Assembly: GCA_013239625.1 (NCBI GenBank)
Contig: MU053629.1
Location: forward strand, 2,197,567-2,261,566
Reading direction: 5' to 3'
Source of the DNA: Lama guanicoe
Taxonomy: Eukaryota
Length of the DNA stretch: 64,000 nt
This document shows, in pieces, positions 40,446 through 53,149 of the stretch; the first letter of the stretch is position 1, and every line of letters starts with the position of its first letter. The notes beneath the pieces are model-generated. The model was not told the DNA's origin and searched no databases. It saw only the letters and a list, made by a program, of their open reading frames with translations. The position numbers were made by a program, and so were the translations under genes.

Positions 40446-42424
40446 GAAATTCTTAAGTAGTTGAGGAGTTCCTATTCTGCTGTCATCTCATCAGCCAGAG
40501 ATGAGATCTGGTGCTTATCCAAACGCTGCCTTGTTGAGTTGAACCAGTATTGGGGTTATCTATTCTGTTCAGTAGTTACTGAGTTACCTGCTAAGTCTTT
40601 AGCTAGGAAAGGAAAAAAATGTAGATGTTACCTCTTCTAATACAGGAGTTTTCAGAGGGGTCAGGGGTTTCCATTTTTTATACACATACATGATGTGGCA
40701 CAACATGCAAAAGATACCTCCCCCCCAAAAAAAGAGAGATACAAAAAGGGTAGACAGTAGAAAGTAAGTCTTCTTCCCCTGTTTTCTAACCCACCTACCT
40801 GTGGCAGCAACAGTTAACAATTTCAAAGGATAGTTATTAATATTATTTTTAAAGTCAGGACATTTATCTCGAAGCAGAAATAGTATAGCAGGCATAGGGA
40901 TACGTTTTAGGATGTCAAGATAAGAAATTAGGTAACGTAAATGATTAATTTCCAAGTCAAATAAGTTAAGTCACAACAGACAACATAAAATTTGTACCCA
41001 GAAGTCTTAGGGCTTTGAGGATTGAAGATGGATTATGTTTAGAGGAGGTATAGAAAATCCGTAAGAGAAATATACCTGTACTAGGGCAGGATAACCAGTG
41101 AACTGGAAATGTATAAGAGGGAAAGAGGGTCCTCTCTGCTCAACTCCAGTAACTTGTCTTTAGCATCTCAACGTCCTGAAAGTAGGAATCTAGGGCGTTG
41201 GGCATAGGTAGAGGGAAGGACCATTACCAGAATATTTAAAAAGGAGACTGCAAATTTTTGAGGAAAAACCTTGCAGAATTTACATATTCACCTAAGACTG
41301 AGAACAGTTAACACGATTGTGAAATCGGATGTTTATTTAGTGTGTACAGTATGTATGTTGAGGGGTGAAGGGGAAATCCTTTACCATTTATTTCAAAGTA
41401 ATTAAAACCTATTAAAAAATACTGTTTTGTATTAGCTCAGCAGAACTGATTTGACAGTCCAGAAACAGCCCCTAATTTATAAGCAAACTTACAAATTAAG
41501 GGAGATGGAAAAGATTTTTCAGTAAAAGGTATTAGGGAAACTCTCTATGAGGGGGAAAAGGTTGGTTTACAGGCCCATTTTAAATTGTCTAACATAAGTT
41601 TATATAAAGGTATACATATCTTAAATCACCACACTGTACATATAACTTATAATTTTATTATACTTTAATAAAAGAATTTTTTAATAAAAGTAATTTCCAA
41701 AATAGAAAAAATAAGTTTTTATGTATGTATATATGTATATAAATATGCATACATATATATACACGCATAAGCATACAAGTTCAAGATTCTTAAAGAGATA
41801 TGTATTTGTTTGATTTCTGTAAAGCCATTCAATTAAAATAATACATAAGTAAATATCCAAATTTCTAGATTAAAAAGCTAAGCAAAGTGATGGAAGAAAT
41901 CACAAAAGAAGATTGGTGGATTTGCTTACATTAGAAACATAAACCTTTATTAAGTCAAAGAACATCTTAAACAGCTTTGCCAAAGGCTAGTCCTGTTTAC
42001 TTTCACATAAGCCAGAATGAAAAGAAATTTATACCTTGACACATTTTTGCCATATAATGCCAAAACGATAGCTTTATGCAGAGAGAATTCAAAGGCAGAA
42101 TGGACAGGCCATGGTGACTGGCTTTCATCCAGATGCCACAGAAAGCCAGCTCCGCTTCCTCCTTTTTCAGCCCATAATCCCTCTTGGTTTTTACCCCACA
42201 TTCCCTGCTTCCTTTACAGATCATCAGTTGCCTCTCTTGGGGTCCAGAATTCTCATAACTTAGGAGAATTCCAGCTGGGCAGGCAGATCCCCTTCTGGGT
42301 AGGCAAGTGGTAGGACTGGCTGTTCCCCAACTTTCTGTCTCCCAGGGTGAAGACAGCAGCAAGTTAGTTAACATCTCTATAAAAAGGCAGAAAGAAAACA
42401 ATGCTTGGGTGATACGCCTTAAGT

Positions 42425-42939
42425 CAGCAGTTCTAAAACTTTTTAGAGTTAAGACTCCTTTACACTCTTAAAAATTATTAAGGACCTCTAAGAGCTTTTG
42501 TTTGTATCTATTGATACTGTATTTATTGGTATTTGCCATAATAGAAATTAAAACCAAAACTGTTAAAGTATTTATTTATAAATCCATCTTAAAATAATAA
42601 GAATAGATATTACATGTTAACATATATTTATGAAAAATAACTATAGTTTCTAAAACAAAAATATTCATTAAGAGCTGCATTATTTTTATTTTTATAAATC
42701 TTTTTAATGTCTGTCTTAATAGAAGACACACTGGATTCTCATATATGTTTCTATATCCAGTTTGTTGAAATTTCATGTCATGTTTCCTCTGGAAAACTCT
42801 TATGTACACTCAAGAGACAATGAAAATAAAAAGCCAAATTTGTCTTAGTATTATTATGAAAACAGTTTTGACTTTGCAGCCCCCTTGAAACTGTTTTGGG
42901 ACTGCCAGGGGTCCCTGAACCACACTTTGAGAACCACTG
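42425..42939 (-). mobile_element. Charlie1b-like non-autonomous hAT element
   Basis: Terminal inverted repeats cagcagttctaaaac and ctttgagaaccactg. 8-bp TSD ccttaagt and ccttaagc. Homologous to the ends of the element at 13350-15422. Confidence 0.85.
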
Positions 42940-43992
42940 CCTTAAGCAATGTTTTTGAGTTTTTCTGTCTAAGAGAGTCTTAAGATCTGTATTTCATTTT
43001 ATAGCCATGTCTAAGCATTCTTGGCATCTATACTGAGACCCTCATTACCTGTTGGTAGAGATAACATACTTAAAAGAAGAATGAAAACAAATCTTCAATT
43101 TTTGACGATTTGTTTATTGGACATGAATCACATACACCTCACACTGCATTCAAAGCTCACTAACAAACTAGTTGTAGCAAGTTACCAAAAATGGTCTGAC
43201 TGATTCCTTTGGCTAATAACTATAGAATTTTTCCTCATGGGCTTTGAGTTCCAAATATAACAGACTGTTAAGAAAATCATGGAGCTAATTGTGGAATGTC
43301 AAAGACATCAAATAAAAGGACTTACAGGACCTGGTGATACAGCTACATTAGTATTGACTCCCTGATTTCCTCATCTAAAGTAGATTTTAAGAAAGAAGTT
43401 GAATGTGATACAGAGGGTGATGATAAGGAAAAGACTAGGACTGCAAAAGGTACATGTCAATGACAAAGAGTGACTGCTGACAACCAGAGGGAAGCCTGAA
43501 AAGCGAAACACAATTCAGCAGAGAAGTCTGGTCACAATTAATAGAGGGTCATCAACCCTTGACACTTCAGTAATTTTTAAAGGGACATTCCTCTACAACA
43601 CCATAGGATAGTCATACCTAGAATAATGTCCCTGAGTCATTAAGAAAAAGATGAAAATATCCTCGGTATTGTTGTAAGTTACGCCTTCAACTTATGAATG
43701 GCTTGTGTTCCAAAGTTAATTTTATTTTCAAAACAGTTTTTTGGAATTCAAAACCTTTTTCTGTAGAAACAGTTAAATAATTGTTATTTTGGGTCCCAGA
43801 CAAGCTACTGTTTCAGTTTATCTGTTCAACAAACCACTTTTGAGTGCTTTATGTCGACAGAAGCGTTTTATTTAGGTCACATTTATAGCTTTGTTTCAGT
43901 GAAGTAATGTATTCTGAGGCCAGGCCTGGGCATATGTACCATTCCCTTCTGGCCTCCATTATTTGCCTTATAAGGTGTTAGATGGTTGATAT

Positions 43993-44198
43993 GAGGGGTC
44001 AGCAAATTATCGTCCAGGTGCCAAATCCAGTCCACTGCCTGTTTTAGTAATTTTATTGGAATACAGTCATACCCATTCATTTATGTATTGTCTGTGACTC
44101 TGTGCTACAGGACTTGAGAAATTATCCCAGAGATAAATATTTCTGCAAAGCCTGAAATATTTACTATGGGCTCCTTACATTAAGTCTGTGAACCTCTG
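43993..44198. mobile_element. MER58A-like hAT MITE
   Basis: gaggggtcagcaaattat...gccaaatccagtccactgcctgtttt...gcaaagcctgaaatatttactat. Confidence 0.75.
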
Positions 44199-44199
44199 T

Positions 44200-44670
44200 T
44201 CTACGTGATCCGGCCTGCCCTCGCCTCTCTGACCTCTCCTCCCACTCTCCCTGCACTTACTCCACTGTAGTCTCACTCTGCTTTGCTCTTCCCGAAAACT
44301 TGCCAAGCACATTCCCACTACAGGGCCTTTTGTACCTGCTTTTTCCTCTGCCTCAGATGTTCTTCCTTCTAATTTCCTCATGGCTCACTCTCTCAGGTTT
44401 CTCTGCTTGAATGTCACCTTCTCAGTAAGGCTCCTCTTGACCTGCCCTTTATAAAATACCAACATGCCTATCCCTCACATTCGTTATTCTTTTGCTCCTG
44501 TTTCATTTTTCTCCATAGGGCTTAACCACTAACATATATTTAGTTGTTCATTTGCTTATTGTCTGTCTCCCATCACTTGAATATCAGTTGTATAAGAGCA
44601 AGGTTTGTGCATTGCTGTATCCCTTCACCTTACAACAGTGTCTGGCTCAGAGTGGGTATTCATTTGTTGA
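44200..44670 (+). mobile_element. L2 3' end followed by (GGAA)n
   Basis: cagggccttttgtacctgctttttcctctgcc, aatgtcaccttctcagtaagg and acagtgtctggctcag. Confidence 0.7.
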
Positions 44671-44731
44671 AGGGAAGGAAGGATGGAGGGAGGGAGGAAG
44701 GAAGAGAGGGAGGAAGAAGGGAAGGAAGAAA
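44670..44731. repeat. Polypurine (GGAA/GGGA)n tract
   Basis: About 60 nt of purines with a single T. Confidence 0.9.
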
Positions 44732-45167
44732 CCAAGTGTACTTGCATGCTAACCTGCCCTTTATTCAAGGAATAGTTGTCATCAGCATCAACCAGGATTG
44801 GAAATTGGGACTGAAACAAAATTCAAAAGCAGCATATAAGTAAATAACTGCTGTTTCCACTTGAAAACTCAAAGCTACTGGCATATTCAGTCACATGTAA
44901 TCTCTTCTCCCTAACCTTTCTCTTTTTCAGTCTCGTGTTGAGAGCAAGCAGCTGGCTTTATTTATCTTTGTTCTCCAGTATCTAGTCCAGTATAGACTCT
45001 TAATAAATATTTGCTCCCAACCCAGGAATGGACCTTGGTATCTTCTTAGCTGTTTTTCGTAACTTTAGTCCTTATCACAGTGCCTGGCAAATAATAGAGG
45101 TTCAGTAAGTATTTGTTCCAGGAAGGAATAAGTTAAATGAATTCTTTGTCTGCTTAGGATAAGGCAC

Positions 45168-45658
45168 CGTTCTAGATTATCTGTTGTTACATAACAGATT
45201 ACTCCCAGATATAGCAATCTAAAACTTACCTCATAATTTCTGTGGGTCAGCAGTTTAAGAGTGGCTTAAGTGGCTGGTTCTGTCTCAAGGTTGATCATGA
45301 AGTTCCAGTCAAAATGTCAGCTGGTCTGCCATCTTCTGAAAGCTTACTCGAGGATCACTTCCAAGGGGCTCACTCACGTGGCCATGAGCAGGAGGCATCA
45401 GTCTCTGGCCTCCTGGGCTCTTCATAGGGTGGGCTACTTAAGTGTCTTCAAAACACAGCAGCTGGCTTCCCCAAGAAGTAATGCAAGAGAAGAAAAGAGG
45501 AACCCACAATCCCTTTTGTCACCTAGTCTGAGAAGGCATTCACATCACATCCAGATGCTGTTTCTTAGAAGCAAGTTGCAAGGTGAGGGGAATTAGACCT
45601 CACCTTTTTGAAGGGAAGAATATCAAAGAATTTGTGGACATATTTTAAAACTTCCACA
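45168..45658 (-). mobile_element. MLT1E/F-like MaLR solo LTR
   Basis: atctgttgttacataacagattactccc...gaatttgtggacatattttaaaacttccaca. Confidence 0.7.
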
Positions 45659-45849
45659 ATCACTTTGATACTCTGAATTGAATAAAGAGAAATTGCTCAT
45701 TTACAGGAAGTGATACAGAGTTTACGAGATGGAGTCTGGCCTGCCTCTTATATGCCCTTTTCAAGTATAATACTGCCTGTATGCTTTCCTAAAAGGGAAA
45801 AATTTTAAACATTTTAAAATAGTCATACCAAAATTAATAACTATTTTTG

Positions 45850-46470
45850 CTTTTTTTTTGAATAGGCAGCACATGTATATGGTGCAAAAATTCAATACTA
45901 AAATGAGTATACAATGAAAAACAAGTTTCCCTCCCCTGAATTCCAGCCAACCATTTTCCCTTCCTGGGGAAGCACTATTCCTAGTTTATTTATCCTTTCA
46001 GAGACCTACTGTACACTTCTAAATTCATATTTGTATGTTTTATTCTATAGTTACTGCTCTGTACCTTGCCTTTTTCCCCCCATTTACTTGTACATCTCAG
46101 AATTTGTTCCATATCAGTTTATTTTTAGTTCTTTTTAATGGCTATGTGGTATTCCATTGTGTGGATATACAGAAGTGTATTTAATTGGCCCTTCACTGAA
46201 GGACATTTCCTTAGTTTCCCATCTTTTCCTGTTATAAACACTGCTGCAGCAAGTACCTTGTTCATTTTGTACACTAAGAATATTTGTGAGTAAATACATT
46301 CAAGTGGATTTGTTGGGTCAAAGAGTACGTGCTTTTTGAAAGACGATGTGAGATTGCCACCAGAAGTTGAACCAATTTTATACACCCACCAGCAGTATAT
46401 TAATGTGGCTCTATTCCTGTGCCCTCTCTAGGCATAGTAACAGTAGAAAAATTCAGGTATTTGACAATTT
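45850..46470 (-). mobile_element. Old L1ME-like fragment
   Basis: gttctttttaatggctatgtggtattccattgtgtggatat and accaattttatacacccaccagcagtat. Confidence 0.65.
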
Positions 46471-46492
46471 AAATATCTTGAGATTATTTCTT

Positions 46493-47626
46493 TTCTTTCC
46501 TTTCTTTTTTTTCTTTTTTGAAATATAGTCAGTTTATAATGTGTCAATTTCTGGTGTACAGCACAGTGCTTCTGTCATACATGAATGTACATATATTTGT
46601 TTTCATATTCTTTTTCACTGTAAGCTACTATAAGATACCAAATATAATTCCCTGTGCTTTACAATATAAACTTGTTTATCTATTTTGTATATACCAGTCA
46701 GTATCTGCAAATCTCAAACTCCCAATTTATCCCTTCCCACCCCCTTTCCCCCTGGTAACCATAAGTTTGTTTTCTATGTCTGTGAGTCTATTTCTGTTTT
46801 ATAAATAAGTTCATTTGTCTTTTTTTTTTTTTTTTTTTTTTTTAGATTCCACATATAAGTGATATCATATGGTATTTTTCTTTCTCTTTCTGGCTTACTT
46901 CACTTAGAATGACATTCTCCAGGTCCATCCATATTGCTGCAAATGGCAGTATTTTATTATTTTTCGTGGCTGAGTAGTATTCCAATGTAGAAATATACCA
47001 CAACTTCTTTATTCAGTTATCTGTTGATGGACATTTAGGTTGTTTCCATGTCTTGGCTATTGTAAATAGTGCTGCTATGAACATTGAGGTGCAGGTGTCT
47101 TTTTGAATTAGAGTTTCCTCCAGGAATGAGATTGCTGGGTCATATGGTAAGTCTGTTTGTAGTCTTTTGAGGAATCTCCATACTGTTTTCCACAAAGGCT
47201 GCACCAAACTGCATTCCCACTAACAGTGAAGGGTTCACTTTTCTCCACACTCTCTCCAGCATTTATCATTTGTGGACTTTCGAATGATGGCCATTCTGAC
47301 TGATATGAGGTGATAACCTCATTATAGTTTTGATTTACATTTCTCTGATAATTAGCAATATTGAATGTTTTTTCATGTGCCTATTGGTCATTTGTATGTC
47401 TTCATTGGAGAATTGCTTGTTTAGGTCTTCTGCCCATTTTTGGATTGGATTGTTTTTTTCTTATTAAGTTATATGAGCTGTTTATATATTCTGGAAATCA
47501 AGCCCTTGTCAGTCTCATCTTTTGCAAATATTTTCTCCCATTCTGTAGGTTGTCATTTTGTTTTGTTTATGGTTTCCTTTGCTGTGCAAAAGCTTATACG
47601 TTTAATTAGGCCCCATTTGTTTATTC
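46493..47626 (-). mobile_element. 5'-truncated lineage-specific L1 (ORF2 C-terminus plus 3' UTR)
   Basis: ORF 47013-47207 ([13 protein letters not shown]...FIAALFTIAKTWKQPKCPS) is the L1 ORF2 C-terminus. Poly-T at the left end. Perfect 13-bp TSD gagattatttctt at 46480-46492 and 47627-47639. Confidence 0.93.
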
Positions 47627-47899
47627 GAGATTATTTCTTAAAATAAGCTGGAAAACCTATGCGGAACAGTGTTGCCAATAAATGAAGCATTATTATACAT
47701 CTTTAACACTTCATGCCCAACACAATCCCCTAGTACATGTTGACACCAAAAAAGTGTTGATTAATCTCAGGGGAAATGGACTTTATCTGTGGAAGTTTAC
47801 TAATTGAGTTGGTCACTATATTCCAGAGACTTTTTAACTCTTAGGTAGAGTAGAATGCTACTGAGAGAGAACTTACTGCCTGCTGTAGATTGCTTTACT

Positions 47900-48500
47900 T
47901 AAAATTTTATTGAAGTATAGCATAAATAAAGTGCACAAATATTAAGTACATCATTTGATGAATTTTTACATATACATAAAGCTGTGTGACCACTACCTAC
48001 ATCCAGAATTAGAACATTACCGGTACACCCAGAAGATTCTCTCATGCCCTCTGCAGGCAATGCCATCCCGAAAGGTAACCACCAGTCTGATTTTTATCAT
48101 CATAGATGAGTTTTCCTGTCATGAAATGTGATCACATGGTATGTATACTCTTGTTTGGCTTTCATTTAACATTATGTCTGTGAGATTCATTCATGCTATA
48201 TAGTGTGTAGCAGTAGTTCATTTTTCAGTGCTGTGTAGTATTATATTATGAATATACCACTATTTATTCATTCTACTTTTTACAGACATTTGAGTAATTT
48301 CCAATTTGAGGCTACTATGAGTGAAGCTGCTATAAACATTCTTTACATATTTTGTTGAGTATAAGTTCTTGTTTCTAAGAATTGCTGGGTCATAGGATAG
48401 ATAGATGTTTAGATTTTGAAGATTTGCTTAGAAATATGTAAGTTTGGTAGAAATAAAATAGTTTTCCAGAGTGCTTTTATCAGTTTATACTTATACTCAG
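47900..48500 (-). mobile_element. Old L1ME-like 3' end
   Basis: ttttattgaagtatagcat...aagtgcacaaatattaagtaca and tgtctgtgagattcattcatg. Confidence 0.65.
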
Positions 48501-48874
48501 ATAAAATTTTTTTCTACCAAGCAAATAATGTCTGAAATGACATGCCTTATATTTCATGCATTTTATTTTCTTTAGCTTAAGTCTGACCATTGTTAAAACT
48601 CCATGGGAAACAGCATTTTATTAGTCATTTATACTTTTAAGTGCTTGAAGTTTCACAGCCTTTCATGGAAATAGAATTCTACACATCTAGTCCAACCAAT
48701 GAGAATAAAGTAGCTTGCCCAGAATCATACAGCTAGTTGCTGACTCAGTTGGGTGAAGTAGATTCTTATTCAAGTCACAGAATAAACCATTATTGTTTCA
48801 AACCACTAGTAAGACTCCCATTATGTATAAGCCCCATTATATATAAGAATGGAACTACTTGTAAGTTTTTCTTT

Positions 48875-49202
48875 TATTGACCTAAAACAAATAAAACTAC
48901 CAACTACTTCCCCAGCAAAGTTGGGTATATTCAGGATGGGCAGAGAATTGCATTCGGGGATCTGTAACCATGGTGACCCACATGCAAGTCCCCACATGGC
49001 AAGGGAAGGGGAACACTTTTATAGAGGGGGGAAAGGAAGTTGAGAGTATTATAGTAAACAAACCATGGTTGACTCCTTGCCAGGAAAGAAGAGGAGTTTT
49101 TCTTCTTCTGTTGGGCTCTGCTATCATTGCAAGACACAGGAGCTCCTTCTTCCCACCTCGCAACTCTATTTACTTGAGGTTTCTGTTTATTAATTTTTTA
49201 CA
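48875..49202 (-). repeat. ERV 3' LTR (328 bp)
   Basis: Termini TATTGA (decayed TGTTGA)...TTTACA. Shares blocks such as ccttgccaggaaagaa, ctgttgggctc and gtttctgtttat with the 5' LTR. Minus-strand CTATAAAA at 49017-49024. Confidence 0.9.
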
Positions 49203-49215
49203 TTTCCTCCTTTTG
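49203..49215 (-). promoter_or_regulatory. Polypurine tract
   Basis: Minus-strand CAAAAGGAGGAAA immediately precedes the 3' LTR TG. Confidence 0.8.
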
Positions 49216-49599
49216 CTCAAGTTCTTTCTCTGAAAGCATTGCTGACCAAGAGTCAGGTTTTCTAGTTTCAGCAGCTTTTTGTCCTTCAAATGCCAGGAAG
49301 GACATTTCCTGGGTGTAATATCTCACATCAGAGGGAAAGTGCACAGATTGGAAACCTACTGAGCTCACATTTGAGTAACAAGGCAGGGTAGAAGGGAGAA
49401 TTCTCAAGCAGTTTTTAGCTAATGTCCATATTTTACCAAGATCATAAACGTTTGAGATCATCTGAAGTGTTATGTCATCATCAAAGATTTAGCAGCAGAC
49501 TTCCAACAGGGCTGGTCCAGATATCTTGGGAAAGCTGTCTCAAAAAATGTTGTCTACTTTAATTCTGAGAAATCTTCACTTTCAGGTAACCAGATAATG

Positions 49600-52500
49600 T
49601 GCAGGTCCAGTCAGGGTTTGGTGTTTTCTTTGCTTGTATCACATGAATCCAAGAGTCTATTCCTTGGAGTTTGGTAGCACAAGGGTTGGTTAGCAGTACC
49701 TGATAGGGGCTTTTCCAGGGAAGTATAAGAGTTCTTTCCCAATAGATGAAATCTCCAGGTTACAAGGTGTGATGCTTAAGGTCCTCATCCCCCCGTAGTG
49801 CACTGTGAAAAAACTGCTCTACCAAAGCATAGTTATTTTTAATAGAAGCAACTAGGCCTTTGCAATATTGGAGTCTCTCTCCTTTTATTGGTTGTGGATT
49901 GAAAGAAGCAGGAGCCAAATGCATTGGACATCTTATGACTACCTCAAAGGGTGAGAGTGTATGAGTTCTAAAAGGGCTGGATCTGAGACTTAGAAGGACC
50001 AACAACAGTGCTTTTGGCCAAGATACTTGGAGGGCCTCTACACATTTTGCCAGTTGTGTTTTAATAACGTGGTTAGTGTGTTCGACTAAGCCAGTGGATT
50101 GAGGATGGTAAGCATAGTGAAACTGTTGTAAAACCAGCCAAACAGCGCAGACTTGTTGAAGTACCTGACCAGTAAAATGGGTTCCTAGATCACTATGAAG
50201 TTTGAGAGAAGTTCCCCAGGTAGGCATAATCTTTTCCAAACAGACTTTAGCCATAGATGAGGCAATAGCCTATCTGCAGGGAAAGGCTTCAGTCCACTGT
50301 GAAAACATACAGACCATGACCAAAACATATTTATATCCATGAGATAGAGGGAGTTGTATGAAATTCGTTTGCCAAACTTCATATTAAGCAGTTGAAAATG
50401 TCCAGGAGCAGTACAAACAGGCGTCCCTGGGTTGTACTTTGGACAAGTGGGGAAGTGAAGTAGTCACTTTTTTGTGGCCTTGTTAACATTTCCCCACTCA
50501 TATTGTTTCATGAATACTGTCATTTTGTCAGTAGACCAGTGGTTTAATCCAGGTACAGTGGTGGGGAGTGGGAATTTTAGACTCCTTCCTAAGGCTGGGT
50601 TGTTACTCGGTTCAAGTCAGAGCTTTCTTCTTTTATCAAACCAACAGTTGCTGCATTTCCTTGCTTTTCCATCTCTGAGGCCAGCTGTTGGGCTTCTCTG
50701 GCCAGGTTATGTAAGTTATCATTTGGGGGCAGATCCTTTTGAACCATGACAGGTTTGGCTGCTTTCAATCCCTTTCAGGGCAGCATTCCTTGTGGAAGTA
50801 TCAGCAAGGTGATTGCTCTTAGCTTCTAAAGAGTCAAGTTTAGAATGCCCTGGAATCTTAATGATAGATAAATTGGCAGGTATTACATCCATTAATTCCT
50901 GAACATAGAAGCCACTTTTAATTTTATTTCTGCTGGAGGTAAGGAAGCCACATTACTTCCACAACATTCCAAAATCATGAGCTGCTCCAAAGTCCTGTCT
51001 ACTGTCAGTGTAAATATTGGTAGTTTTGTCCTTGGCTGAAGTACAAGCCTATATAAAAGCATATAATTCACTCTGTTGGACCGAATTAGCCAAAGATAAA
51101 GGTGCTGCCCAACAGCACTGAAAGCGCACCCAGCACAGTGTTTGCCCTTGTCACTGTGTAAGTGAGAACCATCAGTGAGCCACGAGAAGTCAGCGTTGCC
51201 CGGAGGAATTTCCTTTAGATCATGACAAGTAGTTAGGAGGTGATCCATCAATGATAAGCAGTTGTGAGGGACTTTGTAGGTGATGGAGGGGAGCAGAGTA
51301 ACAGGGTAAAGTTTATCACAACGTTAAGAGTTACGTGAGGAGCAGTTAACAAAAGGACTTCATAGGAGGTGAGGCATCTGACTGAGAAGTGTTGTGTGAT
51401 GAGAATTCAGGAGGGCTTCTTCTACATGAGGTATAAAAGTGGTTAAGGGGCATCCCACAGTGATTTTCCAGATGGCTTTAACCAAAAAGGCAGCCGCTGT
51501 AATGGCTCTAAAGTGGTGTTGGGGGAGGATTCCCGGGGGTTCCCATGCTACAGAATCCAGCTGCTGGCTATAATACCCTATGGACCGATGGTGGTACCTT
51601 GTTTTGAGATGAGTGCCCCAGGGGCATTCCCTTCATTTTCAAGTGCAAAAAAAGAAAAGGGGAATCTGATAATTGGCGTGCACAAAGGCAAGTGGATTCA
51701 TCAAATTCCCCTTTAAGGCCATAAAGGCTGTGCTGTCTAGTTCTTCCCATAAAATTGGGTCAGCGTTGTTTTATTGAGTAAAACGTACAGAGGTTTGGCC
51801 ATAAGAGGGAAATCAACAGTCCAATGTAAGCAGTAACCACCTAGCCCAAGGATAGCTCTCAGCTTAGTTCGGGGTTTGGGGAGACTTAGGACACCGTGCA
51901 GTCTATCAGAATCTAGTTGTAGCCCTTATTTTGAGATCAGATACTCTAAATATTGAAACTAGGTTTGGGCAAACTGCAGTTTTTCTTTGCTGACCTTAGT
52001 CCCTTTAAGCTTAAAAGTTTCAGCAAACTTTTTCCTCTCCTGTGAGAAAACTTGAGAAAGAGAACAAACAAATCATCTACATATTGCAACAAAACAGAAC
52101 CCCTACCAAATTGTGTATCATCCAGCTCAGCCTCCAGGATTTGTGAGAAATGAAGGGCTCTCAGTAAAACTCTTGAGGCATTACTGCCCTGGTAAATTGT
52201 TCTTCTTCCCAAATGAAGGCAAAAAGGAATTGACTAGCTTCATCAACTGGAATACTAAAGAAGGAACCACGTAAATCAATTACAGTAAAGAATTTACTTC
52301 TGGTGGGAATGGAAGTAACATACAGAGGGTTAGGAATGACAGAGTTGGACGGATAATAATGTGGTTTATTGCTCAGAGGTTCTGGACCTCCACCCTCAGC
52401 CCTTAGGTGTTTTTCCCCTGGGAAAACAGGAGTGTTCCAGGGGCTAGTACAAGGGATTATGAGGCCTTGAGCCTTGTAATCTATTATGGGCTTTGTGCCT

Positions 52501-52650
52501 TGAAGGGCTGCTTTACTTTATAAGATATTAATTCTGGGAAGAGGTTTTGAGGAATCTATATGAATCTTGACGGGAGCTGCACTATTTTGCCTTTATCATT
52601 TGGAGATTTTGCCCATAAGGAAGGCGGTAGTTGATTCAATAGGGACAAGT
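49600..52650 (-). pseudogene. pol: ERV pol remnant (RT, RNase H, integrase)
   Basis: RT: FTVIDLRGSFFSIPVDEASQFLFAFIW (about 52210-52290) and LLQYVDDL (about 52070-52095). RNase H: WLTDGS (ORF 50892-51251). IN: LHSDLGTHFTG...AYHPQSTGLVEHTN (ORF 49760-50254), followed by a PWKSPYQVLLT (GPY/F-like) C-terminus. Confidence 0.9.
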
Positions 52651-52699
52651 GATCAGTGTTTCCAGAATCAGGTGTACTGCTGTCAGAGACAGAACAAAT

Positions 52700-53100
52700 A
52701 AAAAAATCAAAGGATCATTTAATTCATCTGGTTGGTTACTTTGATATGACTACTGACAAATTCTAGAATTATTTTCCCCTTTTGGGAGAAAGAAATTTTG
52801 GCATGATACTTCTCTAAAAAGTCTTGGCCTAATAAGTGGGTAGGGTCAGAGGAACTAAGGAAAAAAGGGTGTATTTCTAAGGGCCTAAACACAAGGGAGC
52901 AGAACAAAAGGAGATAAGAACCTTTTGGGGTTTATTAGAGATCCCCACTATTTGAACCGTTGTAGTATTCCAAGGCAGGGGCTGCTTTGTACTAGTTGGG
53001 TTGAGGACCAAGAGTGCTCAAGCACTGAGAGTGGCTCCAGCGTCATTTAGGACTGGAAGATATTCATCCCCAATCTGGAGAAATGTTTCTCCAAGCCAAT
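52700..53100 (-). pseudogene. pro: ERV aspartic protease remnant
   Basis: VLNDAGATLS (decayed LxDTGA) in ORF 53018-53248 and HLLGQDFLEK (LLGRD motif) in ORF 52719-52907. Confidence 0.8.
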
Positions 53101-53149
53101 TAAGAGAGAATTGGGAAAAGCCCCTGTCATTCCCCAGAGCCCCACCACT

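Noticed and set aside
49760..50254. Intact or domesticated integrase gene
   Set aside because: A 164-aa fragment flanked by frameshifts and stops and lacking the N-terminal part. Consistent with neutral proviral decay.
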